Assembly: GCF_006345805.1 (NCBI RefSeq) | Contig: NC_043010.1 | Coordinates: forward strand, 50,964,001-51,028,000 | Direction: 5' to 3' | Origin: Octopus sinensis | Lineage: Eukaryota | DNA length: 64,000 nucleotides | Made by a program: the position numbers and the translations under genes | Shown here: piece by piece, positions 51,475 to 64,000 of the stretch | Position numbering within the stretch: the first letter of the stretch is position 1 | Layout of the letters: each line of letters begins with the position of its first letter | Notes under the pieces: generated by a model | Database searches by the model: none | What the model saw: only the letters and a program-made list of their open reading frames with translations | Told to the model about the DNA's origin: nothing

Positions 51475-52550
51475 GTAGGTAGATGGATGGACGAACGGAC
51501 GGACGTGGGTTCCAGTTCTAGTTGATCCAATCAACAAAGCAACTTGCTTGTGAAATAACTGTGCAAGTCACAGACATATGTAACCAAAGCGTTGTTTTCA
51601 GGGAGATTCAGCATGACACAGAGTGTGAAAAGGCTGGTCCTTTGAAATATAGGTACTACTCATTTTTGCCAGCTGAGTAGACTGGAGCAATGTAAAAGAA
51701 AGTGCCTTGCTGAAGTACACAAAGCGTCGCCAGGAGTTGAACTTGCGACCTTACGATCATGAGCTGAATACCCTAACCACTTAGCCACACACCTTCACAA
51801 TAGATAGATGTTTCAGTAATTGGACTGCAAGCATGCTGAAATACTACCTTACACTTAAACTTTTATTTGTTTCAGTCATTTGACTGCGGCCATGCTGGAG
51901 CACCACCTTTAGTCAAGCAAATCGACCTCAGGACTTATTCTTTGTAAGCCTAGTACTTATTCTATCAGTCTCTTTTTGCCAAACCACTAAGTTACGGGAA
52001 GGTAAGCACACCAGCATCGGTTGGGTTGTCAAGCGATGTTGGGGGGACAAACACAGACAAATAAACACGCACATACATATATATATATACATATATACAA
52101 CGGGCTTCTTTCAGTTTCCATCTACCAAATCCACTCACAAGGCTTTGGTCGGCTCAAAGCTATAGTAGAAGACACTTGTCCAAGGTTCCACGCAGTGGGA
52201 TGAACCCGGAACCATGTGGTTGGTAAGCAAGCTACTTACTACACAGACACCCCTGCACCTGAAGGGTTTTGTGAAACAGATCAATCCCAATACTTATTTT
52301 ATCAGTCTCATTTGGCAAACTGCAACCTAAAGAAACCAACGTTAAGTTGTCAAGTAAAAATGGGGGAGGGGATAATCACACACACAAATTCACATACATA
52401 CACACATAGAATGGGCTTCAACACAGTTCCTCTCTATCAAATTTGTTCACAAGACATTGGTCAGCTCAGGACTATAGTGGAAGACACAGTGAAACAACCC
52501 AGAACCATGTGGTTGGGGAACAAATTTCTTGCCACACAGTCATATCTGCA

Positions 52551-52613
<63 letters not shown>

Positions 52614-52614
52614 C

Positions 52615-53434
52615 ATCATCATTTAACGTCCGTTTTCCATTCTAGCATGGGTTGAACAGTTCGACCGGGGTCTGGGAAGCCAGGAGGCTGTGCCAGGCTC
52701 CAGCCTGATCTGGCAGTGTTTCTACAGCTTGATGCCCTTCCTAACGCCAACCACTCCGTGAGTGTAGAGGGTGCTTTTTACGTGCCATGGGCACAGAGGC
52801 CAGAGGAGGCTGGCAAACTTCCACGATCAGTTGGTGTTTTTTACGTGTCACTGGCACGAACGCCAGTCAAGGCGGCGCTGGCATCGGACCACGTTCAGAT
52901 GGTGCTGTTTATGTGCCACCAGCGCGGGTATCACAACTACAATTTCCATTTGATTTTTATTTTGATGTTGATGTACTTGACTCAATAGGTCTTCTCAAGC
53001 ACAGCAGGACGCCCTATGATCCAAGGTTAGCACAGCAGGCAGTCCTGTGAGCCATGAACTCACTTCATTTCTCAGGTCTTTGCAGTCACTGCATATTTCC
53101 AGAGTTCTTGGTCTTTCGTCATAGCCTCTGTGAGGCTCAACATACGAAAGTCATGCTTGACCACCTCATCCCATGTCTTCCTGGGTCTACCTCTACCCCG
53201 GATTCCTTCAACAGTTTGGGAGTGGCACTTCTTCACACATCTTTCCTCATCCATCCGTAGTACATGACCATACCAACGCAAACGTCTCTCCTGCATGCTG
53301 CATCCGATCCTTCTTATGTCCAACATTTCTCTCAGGGCGCTTACACTCTGTCGTGCATGCACACTGACAGTTGTACATGCTTCATATTCAAATGCACTCA
53401 TTCTGTATTCCATGATTGTTTGCATTACTTCCAA
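52615..53434 (-). mobile_element. 5'-truncated RTE LINE (ORF2 C-terminus + 3' UTR + (GAT)n tail)
   Basis: MQERRLRWYGHVLRMDEERCVKK...GRGRPRKTWDEVVKHD is a typical RTE/BovB-type C-terminus, followed by the tail seen throughout the window. Confidence 0.9.
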
Positions 53435-53449
53435 ACAAGAATCAAGAAA

Positions 53450-54336
53450 CTTAGACCCACCTTTTTAAAAGCTAAATGAATTATGATGGATTTTGAAAAA
53501 GCTCACATTAATAGCATTTTTTTTTTTGTTTCCTAGTGCTTCCATCTCATATTGTCTTTTTCATCCATCTCGAAATGTGTACAGAAAAGTATGTGAATTT
53601 GTCTTTAAGAAAAAATACCGTCATGATGATGAGTTTAGCATTAAAATCAGATGTTTTTCAGCACTGGCTTTTCTTCCTCTCAATGATGTGATTGATGGAT
53701 TTGAAGATCTTGTAGATGACGATGATCTTCTGCAAGAACTTGTGTTCTTCTTTGAATTATCATGCATAGGATGTGTGTGTGTGGTAGAGGAATTAGACAA
53801 TGAAGAACTTCTTCGTTTCCCATTGATAGTTGGAATGTCTGCTTTAGAACAGAATTGCATATACCTCACACTAATAACCATTTAGAGGGATATCACAACA
53901 CACTACAAAGTTCTTTAACTTGCACACATCCAAATCTATGGAAATTAATTACTGCATTGAAAAGGGAAGAACACTTGGCACATCTGAGGAGGGTTGAATT
54001 TGATTGAGGTGAGATCTGTGAGACCCCCCCCCCAAAAAAAGTATAAAAATATGAACAAACAGTTGCAGATAATTACTGAGTGACATAGTCCTGAAAATAA
54101 GATGGAGTTTTTACGAACAACAGCTCATAACCTTCCTCATTATTGAAGCTTTTTGTAATATTTTAATATTTTACTGAACTTTTAATTTATCTCTATTCAA
54201 CGTTTTATTTTTTTCTAATACTGGGTGTGAAATTACCAAGAGTGAAATTGACTGGCAGTGAAATTACCGGGGGTCAAATTACTGGATTCAAAATACCGTG
54301 AGTCAAATTACCATGAGTCAAATTACCAGGCTACCC
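53450..54336 (+). mobile_element. MULE (Mutator-like) transposon 3' fragment
   Basis: ALAFLPLNDVIDGFEDL and frameshifted PHTNNHLEGYHN motifs; about 15-bp subterminal repeats (gtgaaattacc/gtcaaattacc) at 54225-54325 ending ggctaccc. Confidence 0.8.
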
Positions 54337-54828
54337 TGTGTGACACCTTGGGAAAAATGTCTTCTGCAATAGTCCAGGGCTAACCAATATCATGAAAGTA
54401 AATTTTGGTAGATGGAAACTGTCTCCAAATTCAGTCAACTGATTTTACTGTAGTTATCTCCCTTCCTTTCTTGAAAAACTTGTGTTTTAAATCTTAAACA
54501 TCCCTAGAGGGAGTTTTTGTCTTCTAAGTACTTGATAATCTCAGTTTATTGATGTATTTCAACTTACTAAATGACACATCTGAAACCTCATTGTATGTGT
54601 ATTTGGTGTGACGAACATGCAAAAGAAGTATTTTTCATCAGCTGCATTGTTAAGCTGTCAATTAATCAGACAACAACATCCTGTTGGCTGCTTCGCCAGT
54701 CGGCAAGGTTACTGATTTCTTATATTATGCACATATATTCTGATTTATAGCAGAAATAGGGAAAACATGGAGCTGTGATGATCAGATCTTTCTTAAAGGC
54801 ATGCATTACTAAATTAAATGAAGTGATA

Positions 54829-54990
54829 GGCGCAGGAGTGGCTGTGTGGTAAGTAGCTTGTTTACCAACCACATGGTTCCGGGTTCAGTCCCACTGCTGG
54901 GCACCTTGGGCAAGTGTCTTCTACTATAGCCTCGGGCCGACCAAAGCCTTGTGAGTGGATTTGGTAGACGGAAACTGAAAGAAGCCCGTC

Positions 54991-55027
<37 letters not shown>

Positions 55028-55255
55028 GCGTGTGTGTGTGTGTTTGTGTGTCTGTGTTTGTCCCCCTAGCATTGCTTGACAACCGATGCTGGTGTGCTTA
55101 TGTTCCCGTTATTTAGCGGTTCGGCAAAAGAGATCGATAGAATAAGTACAGGGCTTACAAAAGAATAAGTCCTGGGGTCGAGTTGCTCTATTAAAGGCGG
55201 TGCTCCAGCATGGACGCAGTCAAATGACTGAAACAAGTAAAAGGGTAAAAGAGTA
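54829..55255 (+). mobile_element. SINE family 1, full length
   Basis: Colinear with 9430-9830. Confidence 0.85.
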
Positions 55256-55948
55256 AAAGATAGAGTTAAAAAATGATATATCAAAGCTGAGTCAGATTCA
55301 GCTCATGAGCATAAAATTATGATTTTACACGTAAATGTAAGCATGGCTGTGTGGATGGTTTTTGCATTGCAAAAATGTAAGAGGTTTATTGCCTCGGTAG
55401 GAAACTTAAAAAGAACAATGATTTAGGGTAAACAACAATTGGGGGGGGGGCGTTGCTTGTTGCCCTCATTTTCCACCATTTCATTTGTCATTCATATCAT
55501 TATGTGTGTGTCCAGCCTGCAGCTTCCTTTCTGTGTAGGGCCCTTGTGGCCAATTAAATGAATAAAAGAAGTTTGTTTTTCAATAATATGGCCTTGGGTT
55601 CAGTCCCACTGTATGGTACTTATTTTATCAATCCCAAAAGGATGAAAGGCAAAGTGGATCTCAGCTGAGTTTGAACCCGGAACGTAAAGACAAATAAAAT
55701 GCTGCAAAGTACTATTCCCAGAGTGCCAACACTCTGCCAGCTTGCTGCCTTAATAATAATAATCCTTTCTGCTATAGGTACAAGGCCTGAAATGTCGGGC
55801 TAAGGGACTAGTTGACCCCAGTACTCAACTAGTACTTATTTTATCAACCCTGAAAGGATGAAAGGCAAAGCTGACCTTGGAGGAATTTGACAAAAGGCTG
55901 TTAAATATTTTTCCTGGTGCACTAATGATTCTGCCAGCTTGCCACTTA

Positions 55949-56507
55949 TGGATTGTCCAGAAAGTTTGTGCCAATTTATAGTAGCTTACCTTTCGACTTA
56001 TTTTAGAACATGGTTGAGTCCATAAAATAGGATTTGACTACACCTCCATTTAGAGCACAGTTTAAGCTACCTTTTTGTGGAAGAAGGTTTATGTTCCTAT
56101 AACCTGTGTTAATTCTGTAACCCTTTAAAATGGAAGATAACAAAGTTCATTTTCGGCATTTGATGCTTTGGGAACCAGACAAAAATTGCTGCAGCTCGGC
56201 TGGGATGTGTTACCCCACCCTCCATATTCGCCAGATATTGCTCCTTCAGATTTCTGCAGATCTCTGCAGAATAGTCATAATGGTAAAAATTTCAATTCCT
56301 TGGATAATGTAAAAAGATACCTTGATGAATTCTTTGCCATGAAACCACCTCAATTCTGGGAAGAGGGTATTTTCAAGTTAAAGGAAAGATGGAGACGCAT
56401 TGTGCCACAAAATGGTTCATATTTGGTCGATTAAAAATGTAATGGCAAGTATTTATTGACCTTTTACTTTCCTTTAAAAATCGGCATGAACTTTCCGGAC
56501 AACCCAA
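55949..56507 (+). mobile_element. Second copy of the same internally deleted mariner
   Basis: Same TIRs and HPPYSPDIAPSDF remnant; highly similar to the reverse complement of 2686-3251. Confidence 0.9.
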
Positions 56508-56514
56508 TAATATA

Positions 56515-56845
56515 AAGACTGGCACTCAGTTCGTTGCAACAACGAGGGTTCCAGTTGATCTGATCAATGGCACAGTCAGCTCATGAAATTAATGTGCAAG
56601 TGGTTGAGCACTCCACAAGCATGTGTACCCTGAACACAGTTCTCAGGGAGATTAAGTGTGAAATTAAATGTGACAAGGTTGGCCCTTTGAACTACAGGTA
56701 CAACTCATTTTTGCCAGCTGAATGGACTGAGGCAAAGTGAAATATAGTGTCTTGTTTAAAGACACAGCACACTGCTGGGAATCAAACTCATGACCTTATG
56801 ATTGTCAGCCAAATACCCTAACCACTAAGCCACATGCCTTCACTG
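56515..56845 (-). mobile_element. SINE family 5
   Basis: Reverse complement of 2268-2590. Confidence 0.7.
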
Positions 56846-56905
56846 ACATGAATATATATGAAGCAAAGCAGGTACAATCAAAAAGTAAAACCAGGTTGTA
56901 GGCTC

Positions 56906-56990
<85 letters not shown>

Positions 56991-56991
<1 letters not shown>

Positions 56992-57548
56992 GAGTGAGAG
57001 AGCAGTGCGTGCCATCAACGTGACACTGGGGTAAAATATACGAAGCCCAATATACCTATCATGACTACTCGTCTGATAAGAGTACACTAGGCACATGCAT
57101 CACAACCATGTGTGCATGACATGGTGATCTCATATCAAGATAAACAGCACATGACCTTGCAGGTGGGACCCAGTTAGAATTTTCTACTGGTCGAGTAACC
57201 CATCCCGCTCAAAAGGTCCTTGAATAAGGGTTGATTAAGGATGTTGAACAAAACACCCATGTTTCCAGAGGTGAATTATCCAAACCCCCAAAGAATCCCT
57301 CTCAACACATGGCTATGATACTCCCCCACTACTTCTGCTCGTGATCACAGATGCACATATCATCAGACACCAAGGGACATGCTCAATGGGTTAAGGTCAA
57401 ACAACTGACAAGCAAATCTGTGGTATTGAGCAGAATATTTGCTGTAGCCCATCTTTTATACCAAGACAAAACAATGTACATGATAACACTTCCAATCAAT
57501 TAAGATCAGAAGCCATGAGAGCCACTGCTTGGTACTGCATCAGGGCAT
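56991..57548. mobile_element. Interspersed repeat bounded by (TAT)n tracts
   Basis: Its first 150 bp recur in reverse at about 34630-34780; class undetermined. Confidence 0.55.
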
Positions 57549-58539
57549 TTATTATTATTATTATTATTATTATCATTATTATTATGATTATTATTATTGT
57601 TATTATTATTATTATTAAGGTGGCAAGCTGGCAGAATCATTAGCACACTGGGCAAAATACTTAGCGGTATTTCGTCTGTCATTAAGTTCTGAGTTCAAAT
57701 TTGCCTGTCATCCTTCTGGGTCCGATAAATTAAGTACCAGTCAAGTACAAGTACTAGGGTTGATGTGATCGATTGTCCCCATCCCCACAAAAATCCAGGC
57801 CTTGTGCCTATAGTAGAAAGGATTTATTATTATTATTATTATTATTATTAAGGTGGTGAGCTGGCAGAATCATTAGCACATTGAACGAAATGCTTAGCGG
57901 TATTTTGTCTGTCTTTATGTTCTGAGTTCAAATTCCACTGTGGTCGACTTTGCCTTTCATCCTTCGGGGTCAATAGAAAAAGTACCAGTCAAGCACTGGA
58001 GTCAATGTATTATCATCATCATCATCATTATATAATGTGCATTTTCAAACGATAGTGTCATTGATTATTGGTTTCCAACAAGCTAATCATTGTTTCACAT
58101 TTCAGATAGTGAGAGTAACAAGTACGATAATAATTAGAGAGGATATCAAGTGTCTAGAGACAAATATGTGGAATCAGTGACACAATATAGGACAATATAA
58201 GGTCAGGTCAGGTGTGGCAAGGCACGTGTTGTTGCATAACGTAACTGCATTCACCATTTGTATGCATATTCCCAGGTCCTCCTGGGTGACCCATTGCACA
58301 AATTCCCAGTCAGTCCCCATCTCCATAAGCTACCACCTCATTTTCTGTGACCATGTGGCAAGGACATCAACCTAGCCAGACCCTCAGTGAAGAGAGCATG
58401 GTAAAGAGAGTCTAATTGGGAAATTTGAGCAACATACCTAAACAGTCTTAGTGGGTACTCTCAAATCATACAAGTAACAGGACACATCCCAGTTTCTGAC
58501 CAGAGTCATTGGTTGGATACGAAAGTCCATCAATGGTAC

Positions 58540-58950
58540 TCTTTTTACTCTTTTACTTGTTTCTGTCATTTGACTGTGGCCATGCTGGAGCACCGCCTTT
58601 AGTCGAGCAAATCGACCGCAGGACTTATTCTTTGTAAGCCTAGTACTTATTCTATCGGCCTCTTTTGCCAAACTGCTAAGTTACAGGGACATAAACACAC
58701 CAGTATCAGTTGTCAAGTGATGTTGGGGGGACAAACACAGACACACAAGCATATACACACAACACATACATATACATATATACACATATACGATTGGATT
58801 ATTTCAGTTTCCGTCTACCAAATCCACTCACAAAGCTTTGGTTGGCCTGAGGCTATAATAGAAGATACTTGCCCAAGGTGCCACACAGTGGGACTGAACC
58901 CGGAACCATGTGGTTGGTAAGCAAGCTACTTACCACACAGCCACTCCTGC
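58540..58950 (-). mobile_element. SINE family 1
   Basis: Reverse-complement copy. Confidence 0.85.
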
Positions 58951-58989
58951 ACTTATATTTGTTAATAATCCTGCAAAATGTCCCAGTAC

Positions 58990-59590
58990 CAAAGGAGTTT
59001 AGGTGGCTTGTAAGTGCCCCATACAATGTCCAATCTCACAACTTTGAAACAGGACTGGGCGGACCGGGGACCTAAAGACTTGAACCTTTGTCCTCAAGCA
59101 CAGATATTGGCAGTGCCAAACACTCTGGTCCAGTGAGTCCACAACTACACCAGCTCTTTTGAGTCTCACAGCTAATGGCACTGTGAATCTAACTGCTGAG
59201 ATAAGTGAAGCAGTCAAAAACTTCAACATCCTCACCTGCAATAGAGATAGATAAAGTGGTTTTCTCCAAGAATCCAACAAGGGACTGGATCTTTGTCTTG
59301 ACTTAAGAGACTCTAAAGCCAAGTGGTTCTGCTTTCTCACTCAGGGAAAGGAGAGTGCTTCTTAAAACATCCAGGGACTCAGCAAGAATAATCATGTCAT
59401 CAGCGAAATCTAGATCCGTAATCCTAGTCTTGCCAGTGAGGGCACCACAATTCAATTGAGTCACCATTCAGCCAGGTATACAATCCATGCAGGCATTGAA
59501 CAGAGTGGGACCCAAGACACAACCCTGACAAACCCCAGATGTAAGAATAAAATTAGTTTTTGTGCCAGCAATCTGTACTGCACTGACTTT
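58990..59590 (-). mobile_element. Degenerate LINE reverse-transcriptase fragment (RTE-like)
   Basis: Minus strand SGVCQGCVLGPTLFNACMD and DLDFADD RT motifs, with stops. Confidence 0.85.
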
Positions 59591-59599
59591 GCACTGCCT

Positions 59600-59870
59600 C
59601 AAGGCTAGAACAACACAAGTGTGGATGAGTGCCAATCTTCATGATCAAGTTCTCCCAGACATGTGGTTTCTTAACTCATCAGACCTCAATCCCCTGGACT
59701 ATGGAAAATAATCACGAGAAAAGTCAATCAACACCTCCATAACATTATGCAATCTCTTAAGTCCATCATAACTAGCACTATGTCCAAAATTGATAACATC
59801 TGATTCGGTTATGTCAATGTTTCCAACCCCATTTTGAAGAAACCATTGATACTAACAATGAATTCAGTGA
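59600..59870 (+). mobile_element. Tc1/mariner transposase C-terminal remnant
   Basis: WFLNSSDLNPLDY resembles the WPxxSPDLNPLDY motif. Confidence 0.65.
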
Positions 59871-59950
59871 ATAGGTGTGATAAAAGAATTCTAAAGATTA
59901 TTTGTACCAATTTGTTGTTGAATACAGCTTTTCTTTCTGTCTAAATTCAT

Positions 59951-60137
59951 ACAATTGCAGTGTGGAAGGTGTTTATAAGCTATTTAAAACACACAAAAAA
60001 ACCATTAGATTCACTTCAACATTGAACAGCTTGTGGTTTCAAAGCAATGAAAATATTTTAACAAATGTTGAAGTGAATCTAATGGATTTTGTGTGTGTTT
60101 TTAAATGGTTTATAAACACCTTCCATACTGCAATTGT
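59951..60137. repeat. Fold-back element (about 72-bp inverted arms)
   Basis: acaattgcagtgtggaaggtgtttataa...ccattagattcacttcaacatt / aatgttgaagtgaatctaatgg...ttataaacaccttccatactgcaattgt. Confidence 0.85.
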
Positions 60138-60480
60138 TTTTGTTTCTGCACACAATCTCAGATCAAGTCACTTGCTATGCAAATACATCTCCATAAATTC
60201 ATACAAATGACCTCAAAAAAACTGACACACTGTATACTAATATACCCAGAGAAAGTAAAATCTTTATCATAAATCAATAGGTGTGATACAATAGTTCTCA
60301 AGATTATTTGTACTAATCTGTTTTTGAATACAGCTTTTCTTTGTTTCTATATTAATGTAAATGATCTATATAAACTGACACATCCTGCATACTAATATAC
60401 ACAAGGAAAGTAAAAACTGTATCACAAATCTACATACTAAAATATACACTTCAAAATAATATCACCTTTATTAACTACAC

Positions 60481-60758
60481 CAGTGGTTCCCAAAGTGGAC
60501 AGTATTGCTCCCTTGAAGTCAGTGGAAAGTTCCAGTTGGGGTATTGAAGAAAATTGGGCAATGTAAAAATTGGGACAATAATGGGGTGGCAATTCATGTA
60601 AAAACAACAAAATAATTAGGTTAAGTTGTATTTGTGAAATACTGTTGCTTTGAATTTGCTTCAGAAAAAGGTCTTTGTTAGTGATGGGTAGTTGAGGGGG
60701 GAGGGCTAGGAATGTGGCCTGAATGTCAAGGGAGCAGCATCCCATTTGGGAACCACTG
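60481..60758. mobile_element. hAT-like MITE
   Basis: cagtggttcccaaa / tttgggaaccactg; imperfect 8-bp TSD aactacac/aactagat. Confidence 0.75.
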
Positions 60759-61120
60759 AACTAGATGTTTTTGCCTGACTGGCTCCCATACAAAAAAAGC
60801 ACCATTTGAGTGTGGTCATTACCAGTGACGTCTGACTGGCTCCCATGCTGGTGGCACTTGAAAAGCACCATTCGAGCATGGTCAATGCCAATACTGCCTG
60901 ACTAGCCCTTATGCCAGTGGCATGTAAAAAGCACCCACTACACACTCGGAGTGGCTGGCATTAGGAAGGGTATCCAGCAGCAGAAACTTTGCAAGATCAG
61001 ATTGGAGCCTGCTGCAGCCTTCTGGATTGCCAGTCCTCAGTCAAACCGTCCAACCCATGCCAGCATGGAAAGTGAACATTAAACGATGAGGACGACGATG
61101 ATGATGATGATAATGATGAT

Positions 61121-61158
<38 letters not shown>

Positions 61159-61197
61159 TATACATACATATGGATATATATATACACATGTATATAG

Positions 61198-61590
61198 ACA
61201 CAGGAGTGGCTGTGTGGTAAGTTGCTTACTTACTAACCACATGGTTCCAGGTTCAGTCCCAGTGTGTGGCACCTTGGGCAGGTGTCTTCTACTATAGCCT
61301 TGGGCTGACCAACGCCTTGTGAGTGGATTTGGTAGACAGAAACTGAAAGAAGCCCGTCGTTTATATGTATATATATATGTGTATGTGTCTGTGTTTGTTC
61401 CCCCAACATCGCTTGACAACCGATGCTGGTGTGTTTATGTCCCCATAACTTAGCGGTTCAGCAAAAGAGACCTATAGAATAAGTACTAGGCTTATAAAAG
61501 AATAAGTCCTGGGGTCGATTTGCTCGACTAAAGGTGGTGCTCCAGCATGGCCGCAGTCAAATGACTAAAATAAGTAAAAGTGTAAAAAGA
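61198..61590 (+). mobile_element. SINE family 1
   Basis: Colinear with 9430-9830. Confidence 0.85.
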
Positions 61591-61593
61591 TTG

Positions 61594-61624
<31 letters not shown>

Positions 61625-62350
61625 TATATATATATACATATACACACACATATGTACATACGTATGTATGTATACGTATGTATGGATGTATGTTGGCATA
61701 TATATATGTATGTATGCATATGATAAAAATTGATTTCAAATCAATGATCATGCCATTCATTACATAAACATTTCTCTTTAATCTTGTAGTTTCACCTTGT
61801 TAAAATAATAACCTTGTTTTTGAACTAAGTAATCAGTTCTATTACAAAAGCTTTCCTCTTTTTTTTTTTTTTTTTGTATTCTCGTAAATTCCATATCACC
61901 TCATATACTACATACATATAAGGTGCGTCCAGTCAAATTAATTTGATGTTTGATAACTTTTTATCTTCTTTTTTTTATCTGTTGCTTGTTTCTGTTATTG
62001 GACTGCGCCCGTGCTAGAACACTGCCTTCAAGGGGTTTTTAGTCAAACAGGTCAACCTTAGTACATTTTTTTTTTTGTTTTTTTTTACTAGTTTGATACT
62101 TATTTATTCTCTTGGTCTTTTGCTGAACCACCAAGTTATTGGGATGTAAACAAACCAACACTGGACATCAAGAAGGGATGGGAGGGGGTTGCAAATTCAA
62201 GCACAAAGACACACACATACATAAATGGATCTCACTGTCTCTGTCTCTTTCTCTCTCTCTCTTTCTCTAAATATATATACACATAGCTTTAGGTCGACCA
62301 AAGCCTTGTAAGTGGATTTGGTAGATGGAAACTGAAAGAAGCCTATCGTA

Positions 62351-62409
<59 letters not shown>

Positions 62410-62909
62410 ATGTGTGTGTATGTTTGTGTGTCTGTGTTTGTCCCCCCAACATTGCTTGACAACCAATGGTTGTGTGTTTATATCCCCATAGCTTAGCAGT
62501 TCAGCAAAAGAGACTGATAGAATAAGTACTAGGCTTCCAAAGAATAAGTCCTGGGGTTGATTTGCTTGACTAAAGGCAGCGCTCCAGCATGGCCACAGTC
62601 AAATGACTGAAACAAGTAAAAAGAGTGAAAAAAAAAGATACATATAAAACAAACAAAAAATGCATGCAGCCACAAGACAGACTGACATTGGGTAACGCAT
62701 AGGAAAACGACAATGTCCTGTAGGACTGGAGAGAAGAGGACAGATAGAAAATCAGAGTGAAGGAAGAAGCAAAGTATTAGGGAGGGAAAGAGAGAGAAAG
62801 TGAGTGGGAGGAAGGCAGAAGAAAGGTAAAGAAAGAGGAAGAGACAGAAATAGATGTCACACAAAGGAGATTCAAAGAATATTTTACATCCATATATTCC
62901 TTTATATTT

Positions 62910-63320
62910 ATTCTTTTACTTGTTTCAGTCATATGACTGCGACCATGCTGGAGCGCTGTCTAGTCGAACAAATCAACCCCAGGACTTATTCTTTGTAAGC
63001 CTAGTACTTATTCAACCAGTCTCTTTTGCCGAACCACTAAGTTACGGGGACACGTAAACAATGGTTGGGGGACAAACACAGACACACAAGCATACACACA
63101 CACACACTCACACATGCATATATATATGTACACACACATATATATATATAATATAACGATGAGCTTCTTTCAGTTTCTGTCTACCAAATCCACTGACAAG
63201 GCTTTGGTCAGCCTGAGTCTGTTGTAGAAGACACTTGCCCAAAGTGCTATGCAGTGAGACTGAACCCCGGGACCATGTGGTTGGTAAGCAAGCTACTTAC
63301 CATAGAGCCACTCCTGCACC
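62910..63320 (-). mobile_element. SINE family 1
   Basis: Reverse copy, tail-to-tail with a plus copy at about 62290-62625. Confidence 0.8.
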
Positions 63321-63474
63321 TATAATATACATATATATATATATATTATATATAGAGATATGATGGGCTTTCACACAGTTTTTGTGTTTCTGAAAAGGCA
63401 ATGGTTTGTCCGGAGCTGTAGAAGAAGACTTTTGCTCAAGGTGCCAAGCTATGGGACTGAACTTCTGAACCACA

Positions 63475-63476
<2 letters not shown>

Positions 63477-63567
<91 letters not shown>

Positions 63568-63586
63568 TGTGTTTGTGTGTGTGTGT
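63477..63586. repeat. (TG)n microsatellite
   Basis: Directly visible. Confidence 0.97.
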
Positions 63587-64000
63587 TAAAAATATAAAAA
63601 TAAATATGAACAGAAATGTGTTTCCCAAAATATCAGGACTGGGATATATAAATATTTTTAGAGTGTTAGAGTGTTTCCATAAACCATTTGTAAACCTTGA
63701 ATATTTGTTGGGACATATTCCAAAATGTACCTGACCAATTCTTTGTGCTGGAAGAAAGGAAACTCCTCATCCCATTCCCAAATCATAAATAATAAAACAA
63801 CAACATTATTGGGTTACCACATTTATTGATTTCTAAAAACAATGATAATAATGTTATTATTATTAATTGTTAATCATTGAATCAGTTAAACATAACATGC
63901 CAGAAAATTCGAGGTTAGTTGAAGTTTATTAGGTATAGCTGTGTGGTTATGTGGTGTGTTTCACAATCATATGCTTCTACGTCCAATCTCAGCTATTTGA

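Overview
AT-rich, repeat-dominated eukaryotic DNA. The tRNA-derived SINE families, RTE-type LINE tails and dense (TA)n/(CA)n/(GATA)n tracts look like an octopus (coleoid cephalopod) genome; this is an inference from repeat content. Nearly all ORFs in the supplied track are microsatellite or SINE artefacts. The one recognisable host-gene sequence is absent from that track: a 158-nt first coding exon on the minus strand (49434-49277, MSILLGVFLLCLLYGIIRLLNFCSPSFSPQLYYDHNSPFVQNILESCSLLRQP|GTAAGT) resembling the N-terminus of ABHD2. I found no second ABHD2 exon, so 1-49276 may be one very large intron. The remainder comprises at least five SINE families, RTE LINE fragments, mariner/Tc1, MULE, hAT-, piggyBac-, Merlin- and pogo-like elements, and tandem repeats. 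The most notable non-coding signals are a minimal hammerhead-ribozyme fold with a compensated U3-A8 core (5492-5538) adjoining an 82-bp near-perfect inverted duplication and a 5'-inverted SINE, further degenerate hammerhead-like motifs, a palindrome-containing tandem triplication, a CpG-retaining block with a thrice-repeated GTGACGTRYGTGA motif, and weak candidate exons of a possible plus-strand gene. Coordinates were read by eye, and repeat boundaries are approximate.
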